From assembly GCA_902614355.1 (NCBI GenBank), contig CACMKP010000005.1, forward strand, positions 10,574 through 74,573: a stretch of 64,000 nucleotides of DNA, read 5' to 3'. Positions 32,355 through 40,301 of the stretch are shown here, in pieces. The first letter of the stretch is position 1. Each line of letters begins with the position of its first letter. The notes beneath the pieces are model-generated. The model worked only from the letters and a program-made list of their open reading frames with translations, ran no database searches and was not told the origin of the DNA. Source of the stretch: an uncultured Pelagibacteraceae bacterium (GTDB taxonomy: Bacteria > Pseudomonadota > Alphaproteobacteria > Pelagibacterales > Pelagibacteraceae). The translations under genes were made by a program, and so were the position numbers.

Positions 32355-33325
32355 GCCGATTTGCAGTTTTCAAATCCTTCCTTCAAATTCATAGTTTCAA
32401 GATTTCGGCCAATAAAAACTAATCGAGAACTACGTTCTTTTCCTTCTGGCCATTTACCCATTGGTGAAGCATCCATGAGCATATGCACACCTTGAAATAC
32501 ATATCGATCACTTTCTCCAGTAAAGTCAAGAATTCCTTTTGTTCTTAAGATATCTTGACCCTTGGTTTGTAATAATTTGGTAAACCAATCTTGAAATTTT
32601 TCCATATCTAAAGGAGTATCAGAAACAAAGGATAAGCTAGTTACATCGTCATCATGCTCATGATCATGATCTGATGTAAGAAAATCAGGCTCTACTTCTA
32701 AAACACGTTTTAAACTAAATGCATCAAGATTAAGAACTTCGTTCAAAGGAACTCCACATTTAGTGGTATTAATAATTTTAGCAAAGGGATTAATTTTTTT
32801 AATTCTCTGTTTTACAACTTCTAATCCATTTTCATCGACTAAATCTATTTTATTTAGTAATACAACGTCTGCGAAAGCAATTTGTTCTTCTGCTTCGTGA
32901 TGATCGGTTAATTGAGAACTTAGATGAACAGCATCTGCAACCGTAACAATTGCATCTAACTTTGTGCGATCAGCAACATCTTGGTCAACAAAAAATGTTT
33001 GAGCTACAGGAGCTGGATCAGCTAACCCAGTAGTTTCTACTATTATTGCATCAAGTTTGTCCGCCCGCTTCATTAGTCCACTTAATATTCGGATTAAATC
33101 ACCTCTAACGGTGCAACATATACAACCATTATTCATCTCAAAAACCTCTTCATCAGCATCAACTACCAAGTCATTGTCAATACCTTGTTCACCAAATTCA
33201 TTAACTATTACAGCATATTTTTTACCATGCTGTTCAGTTAATATTCTATTTAAAAGAGTAGTTTTTCCGGCACCTAAAAAACCGGTTAAGACAGTAACAG
33301 GAACTTGTTTGTTTGTTTCTTGCAC
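32351..33325 (-). CDS. COG0523/CobW-family G3E metallochaperone GTPase
   Basis: TGFLGAGKTT, NEFG, GCICC, ETTGLA, NKID, His tract DHDHEH, CobW_C motif (FQGVH..LVFIG); GTG start. Confidence 0.95.
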   Translation of the reverse strand: MQETNKQVPVTVLTGFLGAGKTTLLNRILTEQHGKKYAVIVNEFGEQGIDNDLVVDADEEVFEMNNGCICCTVRGDLIRILSGLMKRADKLDAIIVETTGLADPAPVAQTFFVDQDVADRTKLDAIVTVADAVHLSSQLTDHHEAEEQIAFADVVLLNKIDLVDENGLEVVKQRIKKINPFAKIINTTKCGVPLNEVLNLDAFSLKRVLEVEPDFLTSDHDHEHDDDVTSLSFVSDTPLDMEKFQDWFTKLLQTKGQDILRTKGILDFTGESDRYVFQGVHMLMDASPMGKWPEGKERSSRLVFIGRNLETMNLKEGFENCKSA

Positions 33326-33333
33326 TAATTAAA

Positions 33334-34392
33334 TTAACAACCCTTAAAAGAATTAGACATATTTTTAATTAAATCAAAATACAAGTTTTTTCCTGGATCT
33401 AATGTTGCACCTAATGGATCTATAACCCCTGTTGCAACATTTGTATCTTTTGCAACAGCCTTAATAATGTCAGGATTAAATTGCGGTTCTGAAAAAATAC
33501 AGCTTACTTTATCATGTTCAATTACTTCTCTTATTTCAGCTAATTGTTCAGCACCTGGCATAACATCAGTGTTCACTGTAAATGCCCCAAGAATATTTAT
33601 CCCAAATCTTTCTTCAAAATATTGATATGCATCATGGAAGACTATTGATTTAAAATCTTTATTTAATTCAGATTTTACTTTTTTAGTTAGATTATCTAAA
33701 TCTTTATGAGCGTTTTTTAAATTTGCTTTATATTTTGCCTCATTTTTTTGATCATTTTCAATTAAGTGTTCTGCCATTTCACTTAAAATTATTTTTGCAT
33801 TCATCGGATCAAGCCATATGTGTGGATCAAACTCTCCGTGAGCATGTCCCTCGTGTCCATGGTCATCGTGATCATCTTTTTTATGACCTTTTTTATCATG
33901 ATCGTGTTCATCATGACCATGTTCCTTCTCTTTTTTATCATGGTCGTGATCATCATGATCATCTTCTTTCTTAGCATGATCGTCATGATCATCTTCCTTA
34001 TGCCCATGATCGTCATGACCTTCAAAAATATTTCTTTCTCTAAATTTAAGTTTAGTTAAACCTTTAATTTCCATTAATTCGATTTTTTCAGCATCTTTTG
34101 CAATTGTTTTTAATGGTTTCTCTAAAAAGGTTTCGATATCCTCACCTACCCAAAATATAATATCAGCATTTTGTAACATTTTTGCGTGTGATGGCTTAAG
34201 TGCAAATCCATGTGGGGAAGCATAACCATCAACAATTAAATCTGGTTTACCAACACCATCCATTAGATAACTTGCAAGCGAATGGATTGGTTTTATTGCT
34301 GCAACTACTTTAATCTCAGCGTTCGCTGGTGCAAATATTGTTAAGAATGATAATAGTGATAGGATTAATGGTAATTTTTTTAAGTTTTTCAT
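33334..34392 (-). CDS. znuA: Zinc ABC transporter substrate-binding protein with long His/Asp loop
   Basis: SPHGFALKPS, DPHIWL, HDAYQYFE, DPLG; start corrected to ATG 34392 (MKNLKK signal peptide). Confidence 0.94.
   Translation of the reverse strand: MKNLKKLPLILSLLSFLTIFAPANAEIKVVAAIKPIHSLASYLMDGVGKPDLIVDGYASPHGFALKPSHAKMLQNADIIFWVGEDIETFLEKPLKTIAKDAEKIELMEIKGLTKLKFRERNIFEGHDDHGHKEDDHDDHAKKEDDHDDHDHDKKEKEHGHDEHDHDKKGHKKDDHDDHGHEGHAHGEFDPHIWLDPMNAKIILSEMAEHLIENDQKNEAKYKANLKNAHKDLDNLTKKVKSELNKDFKSIVFHDAYQYFEERFGINILGAFTVNTDVMPGAEQLAEIREVIEHDKVSCIFSEPQFNPDIIKAVAKDTNVATGVIDPLGATLDPGKNLYFDLIKNMSNSFKGC
33835..34022 (-). repeat. Low-complexity coding repeats (GATGATCATGACGATCAT-like) encoding the ZnuA His/Asp loop
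   Basis: Protein GHDDHGHKEDDHDDHAKKEDDHDDHDHDKKEKEHGHDEHDHDKKGHKKDDHDDHGHEGHAHGE. Confidence 0.85.
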
Positions 34393-34409
34393 ATGTTGTA
34401 TATTTAAAT

Positions 34410-34442
34410 TGTTATAATATAACACCATGTAATAATATAACA
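34410..34442. promoter_or_regulatory. Two tandem Zur boxes in the divergent znuA/znuC promoter
   Basis: TGTTATAATATAACA (34410-34424, perfect 7-1-7 palindrome) and TGTAATAATATAACA (34428-34442) match the proteobacterial Zur core TGTTATA-N-TATAACA. Confidence 0.88.
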
Positions 34443-34462
34443 CTTATTAGTCAAGAAAAAAA

Positions 34463-35209
34463 ATGAGCACTGATCAAAATATATTGGTAAAATTAAACGA
34501 TGCTGGTTTACAGTTGAATAACAAATGGCTAGTGAAAGGTGTTTCACTACAAGTTGAAAAAGGAAAAATAGTTACTCTTATAGGTCCAAATGGATCAGGA
34601 AAAAGCACAACAGCTAAAATTGCTTTAGGTATTTACAAAAAGATTGGTGGTTCAGTTGAAAAATACACGAATAAAGTTGGATATGTCCCACAGAAAATTT
34701 CAATTGATTGGACGTTACCGCTAAGAGTCAATGACTTCATGATGTTAACAGAAAGTCTTAATAAAGATACAATAGATGAAGCTCTATCTTTAACTGGTGT
34801 CATTCATCTTAAAGATAAAAATTTAGGAGATCTATCAGGTGGTGAATTTCAAAGAGTGCTACTTGCTAGAGCCATATCAAAAAAACCTGATCTATTAGTA
34901 CTTGATGAACCAGTGCAGGGAGTAGATTTTACTGGTGAAATAGCTTTATACGAATTAATTAAAAAAATTTCTGATGAATTAAGTTGTGGGATCTTATTAA
35001 TTTCACACGACTTACATACAGTCATGAGTGCAACAGACCATGTTGTTTGTTTAAATGGCCATGTTTGTTGTTCAGGATCTCCAATGGATGTTGCAAAAAA
35101 CAAAGAATATAAAGCTTTATTTGGAGAGCAGGCTTCTCAAATATTGAGTAGATATCAGCATAAGCACGACCATATTCATACAGATGAAGGTGAAATTAAA
35201 AAAAATTAG
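34463..35209 (+). CDS. znuC: Zinc ABC transporter ATPase
   Basis: GPNGSGKST, LSGGEFQR, DEP, CLNGHVCCSG, His-rich C-terminus. Confidence 0.95.
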   Translation: MSTDQNILVKLNDAGLQLNNKWLVKGVSLQVEKGKIVTLIGPNGSGKSTTAKIALGIYKKIGGSVEKYTNKVGYVPQKISIDWTLPLRVNDFMMLTESLNKDTIDEALSLTGVIHLKDKNLGDLSGGEFQRVLLARAISKKPDLLVLDEPVQGVDFTGEIALYELIKKISDELSCGILLISHDLHTVMSATDHVVCLNGHVCCSGSPMDVAKNKEYKALFGEQASQILSRYQHKHDHIHTDEGEIKKN

Positions 35210-36013
35210 ATGTTTGATGATTTTTTTATAAGAGCTTTGGTAGCTGGAATTGGGGTTGCTTTTGTAACAGGACCTCTTGGTTGCTTTGTTATATGGAGAA
35301 GATTATCTTATTTTGGTGACACCTTGGCTCACTCTGCTCTATTGGGAGTGACATTAGCTTTTACTATGGAATTTAATATTGCTATTTCAGTATTTGTTAT
35401 TTCTTCCATATTAGCTTTAATTTTAATTCAACTTCAAAAAAAAACTAACTTACCAGGTGATGCTTTGTTGGGTCTTCTAGCACATTCATCTCTAGCAGTT
35501 GGACTTGTTGTGGTTGGTTTTTTAACATTCATTAGATTTGATATTATGGGATTGCTATTTGGGGATATTTTAGCAGTTTCAGTTAATGATTTGTTGATCA
35601 TATGGATTGGAGGGGCATTTATCTTATTAACTCTGAAATTTATTTGGAAACCTTTATTCGCTTCAACAGTAAATTATGAACTAGCAGAAGCAGAAGGATT
35701 AAATCCGGATAGAGCTAAAGCTATATTTACAATTTTAATGGCAGCAATCATCGCTATTTCAATTAAAATTGTTGGATTACTATTAATTACTGGAATGCTG
35801 ATTATCCCTGCTGCAATGGCTAGAAATTTGTCATCAAGTCCACAAAGTATGGTTATCTATTCAATTATAGGGGGATTGTTATCTGTAATTATAGGATTAT
35901 TCACATCTTTAGAGTTTAATACATCTTCGGGTCCATCAATTATAACAGCAGCTTTATTATTGTTCATACTTTCATTATTTAAAATAAAACAAACGATTAA
36001 ATTGAAAAATTAA
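35210..36013 (+). CDS. znuB: Zinc ABC transporter permease
   Basis: GPLGCFVIWRRLSYFGDTLAH, LFGDIL, IIPAAMAR. Confidence 0.95.
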   Translation: MFDDFFIRALVAGIGVAFVTGPLGCFVIWRRLSYFGDTLAHSALLGVTLAFTMEFNIAISVFVISSILALILIQLQKKTNLPGDALLGLLAHSSLAVGLVVVGFLTFIRFDIMGLLFGDILAVSVNDLLIIWIGGAFILLTLKFIWKPLFASTVNYELAEAEGLNPDRAKAIFTILMAAIIAISIKIVGLLLITGMLIIPAAMARNLSSSPQSMVIYSIIGGLLSVIIGLFTSLEFNTSSGPSIITAALLLFILSLFKIKQTIKLKN

Positions 36014-36028
36014 TGAGGAATCTGTAAA

Positions 36029-36430
36029 ATGAAAACAATGCATAAAGAACATCCTCTCACAAAAAATCAGCAAATTATTTTTGATTTAATTGATAAATCT
36101 CCTGAACCAATGAAAGCTTATTCAATCCTTTTTAGTGTTCAAAAAAAAGGCATTAAAGCTCCATTACAAGTTTATAGAGCATTAGATAAGCTAGTTGAAA
36201 TAGGAAAAATTCATAAAATTGAAAGTCGAAATGTCTTTATTGCATGTCATAATTCAAGCTGCCAGGTATCAAAAGCTACTGCATTTTCAATCTGTGAGAT
36301 CTGTGAGAAAGTAACAGAAATAAGTAGCACGGGTCTTTCTAAATACTTAGCTAATTTCAAAGACAAAGATGGTATGAAATACAGTAAATACAATCTTGAG
36401 TTTTTTGGATTATGTAAAAAGTGTAGATAA
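36029..36430 (+). CDS. zur: Fur-family zinc uptake regulator
   Basis: AY.IL...PLQVYRALD, HKIES, CEIC and CKKC; follows znuCB; SD GAGGA. Confidence 0.9.
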   Translation: MKTMHKEHPLTKNQQIIFDLIDKSPEPMKAYSILFSVQKKGIKAPLQVYRALDKLVEIGKIHKIESRNVFIACHNSSCQVSKATAFSICEICEKVTEISSTGLSKYLANFKDKDGMKYSKYNLEFFGLCKKCR

Positions 36431-36488
36431 TCCTTTATTTTAATAAATTCTTAACATAACTGAAATAATAATAACGAAAGGAAATTTT

Positions 36489-36710
36489 ATGTTTATAAAA
36501 AGATATCTAAAGTGGATCAGTACGTTTCTAGTTTTAGTGGGAATACTTCTTACAAATTTAAATATATATCCATTAAATATATATTTTCATGGATTGGGAG
36601 TTGTTGGATGGACCATTGCTGGATTTATTAGCAAAGATAAAGCAATCTTAACAAACTTTGGATTACAAATTCCATTGTTTGTAATTGGTATTTATAAAGT
36701 TATTTTTTAA
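36489..36710 (+). CDS. Small 3-TM membrane protein of unknown function
   Basis: 73 aa, hydrophobic (LKW, YPLN, W.IAG, D.AI..N); SD AAGGA; stop abuts the arsC start. Confidence 0.75.
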   Translation: MFIKRYLKWISTFLVLVGILLTNLNIYPLNIYFHGLGVVGWTIAGFISKDKAILTNFGLQIPLFVIGIYKVIF

Positions 36711-37142
36711 ATGAAGAATATATTGTTCGTATGCACAGGTAATTCAGCAAGAAGTATTATTGCTGAAAGTATAATAAATAACGAGTATGACGATTTGTAT
36801 AAAGGTTTTAGTGCTGGGAGTAATCCAACAGGAAAAATTAATGAAGATGTGAAGAATTATTTATTATCAAAACATTATGATCTTTCAAATTATAGATCTA
36901 AAAATTTTAATGAGTTTATTAATGATCAAATTAAAATGGATTATGTGATTACAGTTTGTAATAATGCCAATAACGAAGTCTGTCCTATTTGGCCAAATAA
37001 AGATCAGATAATTCATTGGGATATAGAGGATCCTGTTAAATTACTTAATGAAACAAACGACTTAAATAAAAAAGATGAAATAATAGAAAAAGTTTACAAT
37101 AATATTCATAAAAGAATAAAGGAACTATTTTATGAAAAATAA
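36711..37142 (+). CDS. arsC: Arsenate reductase, LMW-PTP/thioredoxin-type
   Basis: CTGNSARS P-loop, distal Cys pair VITVC..EVCPIWP, HWDIEDP; adjacent to an aquaporin gene. Confidence 0.9.
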   Translation: MKNILFVCTGNSARSIIAESIINNEYDDLYKGFSAGSNPTGKINEDVKNYLLSKHYDLSNYRSKNFNEFINDQIKMDYVITVCNNANNEVCPIWPNKDQIIHWDIEDPVKLLNETNDLNKKDEIIEKVYNNIHKRIKELFYEK

Positions 37143-37791
37143 AAGCCGCTATTTTCTTGCTGAACTATTAGGAAGTTGTTTTTTAGTAATGATTATTGTT
37201 GGTTCAGGTTTAATGGCTGAAAACTTAACTAATGATGTTGCTGTGATGTTAATAGCTAATACTATAGCAACAGGAGCAGGTTTATTTGTGCTTATTACAG
37301 TTTTTGCTGATGTATCAGGAGCTCACTTTAATCCATTTGTAAGTATCGCAATGGCAATAACGGGTAAATTAAAAAAGAAACTATTACCCTACTATATCAT
37401 TGCTCAATTGGTTGGTTGCTTAATTGGTGTTGGTTTAGCTAATTTCTTTTTTGAACATGAAGTTTATGAATTGTCTACTAAATCAAGAGATGGAATTTAC
37501 ATACTCACATCTGAGGTAATAGCAACATTAGGGCTTATAATTATAATTTTTGGGTCTATGAAGTCGGGCAAAATTGCTGTTGCTGCTAGTGTTGGTCTTT
37601 ATATTACTGCTGGTTATTGGTTTACTTCTTCAACTTCTTTTGCAAATCCTGCAGTAGCTATTGCTAGAACATTTACAGAATCGTTTACTGGTATTAGTTA
37701 TTTAAATACTCCTTATTATATTTTAGCTGAGCTTATTGGAATGTTAATTGCTGTACTTATTGTTAAAAAGTTATTTTTAGAAAAAAATTGA
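37132..37791 (+). CDS. aqpS: AqpS-type aquaglyceroporin (arsenite channel)
   Basis: SGAHFNP, YWFTSSTSFANPAVAIAR; overlaps arsC. Confidence 0.85.
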   Translation: MKNKSRYFLAELLGSCFLVMIIVGSGLMAENLTNDVAVMLIANTIATGAGLFVLITVFADVSGAHFNPFVSIAMAITGKLKKKLLPYYIIAQLVGCLIGVGLANFFFEHEVYELSTKSRDGIYILTSEVIATLGLIIIIFGSMKSGKIAVAASVGLYITAGYWFTSSTSFANPAVAIARTFTESFTGISYLNTPYYILAELIGMLIAVLIVKKLFLEKN

Positions 37792-38279
37792 AAAATATAA
37801 AACTTACCAATCGAATAAGTTTAATTAACAAAAAATTTAAAAAAAAAGAGTTTTATCATTATCTTAAAACTTCTAATCTTTCATTAGTAATACCTAAGAT
37901 TAAAGACAAATATGTAGTAGTTTCCCAAAGAAGAGTTCCAATTAATAAAATTAACTACGAGTTTCCTTCTGGCATAGTGGAAAAAAAGGAAACAACTCTC
38001 CAATCAGCATATAAGGAATTAAGAGAAGAAACAGGATATAGATCAAGATCAAAATTGAGTAAAATAATAACTTTTTATAATGAACCTGGAAGACTAACTA
38101 CTAAAATTACTGGTTATTACACAGAAGACTTAATTAAAATTTCGAAACCAGAACAAGGTATTAGAATTCATCTTTTTAATCAAAGAGAGATATTTAAATT
38201 AATATTAAATCAAAAATTCAATAATAGTTCTCATATAGCAATGTTTTTTTATTTAATAACAGTTCTTAAAAAACTATAA
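37788..38279 (+). CDS. NUDIX hydrolase
   Basis: Nudix box G-IVEKK-E-TTLQSAY-KELREETGY; TTG start overlapping the aqpS stop (TTGA). Confidence 0.82.
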   Translation: MKNIKLTNRISLINKKFKKKEFYHYLKTSNLSLVIPKIKDKYVVVSQRRVPINKINYEFPSGIVEKKETTLQSAYKELREETGYRSRSKLSKIITFYNEPGRLTTKITGYYTEDLIKISKPEQGIRIHLFNQREIFKLILNQKFNNSSHIAMFFYLITVLKKL

Positions 38280-38358
38280 ACTAAAGGTTGTATCAAAATA
38301 TCTTTTTTATTTAAGGATTATATGATTAAATCAAATATTAAATAATTCGGAGGCAGTA

Positions 38359-38568
38359 ATGAGAAAAAAACTAAAAAAAAATGAAAAGAAAAAAACAAAG
38401 ATATTAAAATCAATAGACAAACTTAAAAATAAAATTACAGCAAAAGAAAAAAAATTATCAAGCCTTAATATTAAAATTGCTGGTCTAGAAAAAAAGGTTG
38501 CAGAAAAAAAAGCAAAAAAGCTTGCTAAGAAAAATGCAGAGCAGTCTCCTGCATCTATAAATAATTAA
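38359..38568 (+). CDS. Small Lys-rich coiled-coil protein of unknown function
   Basis: 69 aa with 24 Lys; strong SD GGAGG; followed by a hairpin. Confidence 0.7.
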   Translation: MRKKLKKNEKKKTKILKSIDKLKNKITAKEKKLSSLNIKIAGLEKKVAEKKAKKLAKKNAEQSPASINN

Positions 38569-38579
38569 TTCCAAATCGT

Positions 38580-38613
38580 CTTTCTCCCTTCTCATTTAAG
38601 AGAAGGAAGAAAG
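38580..38613. terminator. Stem-loop downstream of the Lys-rich ORF (possible terminator or stabiliser)
   Basis: CTTTCTcCCTTCTC-ATTTAA-GAGAAGGaAGAAAG inverted repeat; no clear U-tract. Confidence 0.55.
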
Positions 38614-38789
38614 TAGTTAATCAACAAAATTTAAACAGGGGAAGAAATAATGAATATTTAAACTTTGATGGTGCTTTATACATAAACTAAATTACAAAAT
38701 TATTTACTTATTGTTAAAGTTAAATGAATTTAAATTAAAATAATGTTACAAAAAAATATCACTCAATTAAAAATAGAATTAAATTTAAT

Positions 38790-40301
38790 TTATCTTGAAT
38801 TATTTGAGTAAATTACTCTTGGTTCTAAAAATAATTCTCTAGCAAGAGCTTTAAATCTTTTAGTAACTTGTTTTGAGATTATTTCTTGATGTTGTGATGG
38901 AATTTTTAAAAATACAGCATTACCTCTTTTATACAATTTAAACTCTTCAAGAAATATCGTAGATATCGAGGTCAATGATTGTGAAAATCTCAATGCTGCT
39001 CCAACTTGTTTGCTTGAAAAAATTTCATTATTATTTAAAAAAGTTAGATACTCCATCTTTGGATTATACTTGATACTACAGTACCGCCAATAACATGACA
39101 AAGCTAATTGTATTCTTTCTTTATGAGTCAATCTAAGTAAAGGAGTATTTATTGTTTCTTGAAATACCAATTCAGCTTTTTGAAATGCTCCTAATCCCCA
39201 ATCCATATGACTTAATACACATGCCAGATATAATAATTTCTTATTAAAATGTTCATTGCCTTCAAAAACTGGCTGAATAAAATCATAATATTTTTTATAG
39301 TTCGATCCTAGATCACCTCTTTTTTTTGCAATATTCTCAAGTGCTTTATGAAAAATTTCTGATTCTTTTACATCTTTAAAATAGTCAATTGATAAAGAAC
39401 CTTCACGCAAACCGCTTATAGAACAAATTATATTTCTTGGATTTGTAACTCTCATAATTTCATCAAGTATAATGCAACTATAAGGTAAATACGCTGTTCT
39501 AGATTTTGAAATATACTCAACTGTTTTAAGTTTAGATTTATTAAAAGATGAAATTTTTTCAACAAACTTAGATAAAACATTGTTATCAATACTATATTGA
39601 TGAATTATATGTACCGGATGATTATTTTGAAAAAGATGTAATTTAAATAATGCTCGCCAGGTACCTCCAACTAAATATAGATTATTAAATTTCTTTTTTG
39701 AAAGCCATTTTTCTTCTCTTAATAATTTTTTGATATATTTTGCTAAATTTCTTTTTTTAACTATAGGATTATTTAATAATCTTAAAACTCCAATAGGTAA
39801 TGAGGTTTTATTAGTAACTATATTATTTTCAACTCGAGCTAATTCTAAACTTCCACCTCCAAGATCAGCAACTAATCCATTGACATTTTCAAAGCCTATT
39901 TTTACTCCCTCAGCTGAGCATTCAGCTTCTTCTTCACCAGATAATATATTAATCTTAGTTTTAAAAAGTTTTTCAACTTCATTAATAAATGGTTTTGTAT
40001 CAGTCGCTTCTCTTAAAACTGCTGTTGCAATGATTTTAAGATTTGTGATTTTTGAAACATTTAAAATTTCAGAGAATCTTTTTAAAACTTTTAAAGCATA
40101 TTCGGTACCAGATCTGTGAAGTTTTTTGGATTTATCTAAATTTTTTCCAAGTTCACAAACTGCTTTTTCATTAAAAAAAGGCACACGAGAAGAACTGAAA
40201 TCTTCATAAATTAGCATTCTTATAGAGTTTGATCCAATGTCTATTATAGCTAATTTTGCCTGATTTAATTTTAAACTATTTTTACTTTTAATTACTTCCA
40301 C
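38790..40301 (-). CDS. ppx: Exopolyphosphatase / Ppx-GppA family
   Basis: IDIGSNSIR, ATAVLREA, LSGEEEA, DLGGGSLEL, GLREG; follows ppk. Confidence 0.94.
   Translation of the reverse strand: MEVIKSKNSLKLNQAKLAIIDIGSNSIRMLIYEDFSSSRVPFFNEKAVCELGKNLDKSKKLHRSGTEYALKVLKRFSEILNVSKITNLKIIATAVLREATDTKPFINEVEKLFKTKINILSGEEEAECSAEGVKIGFENVNGLVADLGGGSLELARVENNIVTNKTSLPIGVLRLLNNPIVKKRNLAKYIKKLLREEKWLSKKKFNNLYLVGGTWRALFKLHLFQNNHPVHIIHQYSIDNNVLSKFVEKISSFNKSKLKTVEYISKSRTAYLPYSCIILDEIMRVTNPRNIICSISGLREGSLSIDYFKDVKESEIFHKALENIAKKRGDLGSNYKKYYDFIQPVFEGNEHFNKKLLYLACVLSHMDWGLGAFQKAELVFQETINTPLLRLTHKERIQLALSCYWRYCSIKYNPKMEYLTFLNNNEIFSSKQVGAALRFSQSLTSISTIFLEEFKLYKRGNAVFLKIPSQHQEIISKQVTKRFKALARELFLEPRVIYSNNSR

Noticed and set aside
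33723-34059. Three overlapping ORFs (Met/Ile-rich and His-rich) and a repeat array that might suggest CRISPR or a hidden peptide
   Set aside because: Alternative-frame read-outs of the znuA GAT/CAT codon repeats; no constant repeat with unique spacers and no cas genes
34393-34443. N-terminal extension MLYYYMVLYYN of ZnuA in the ORF track
   Set aside because: It runs through the Zur boxes; the signal peptide begins at ATG 34392
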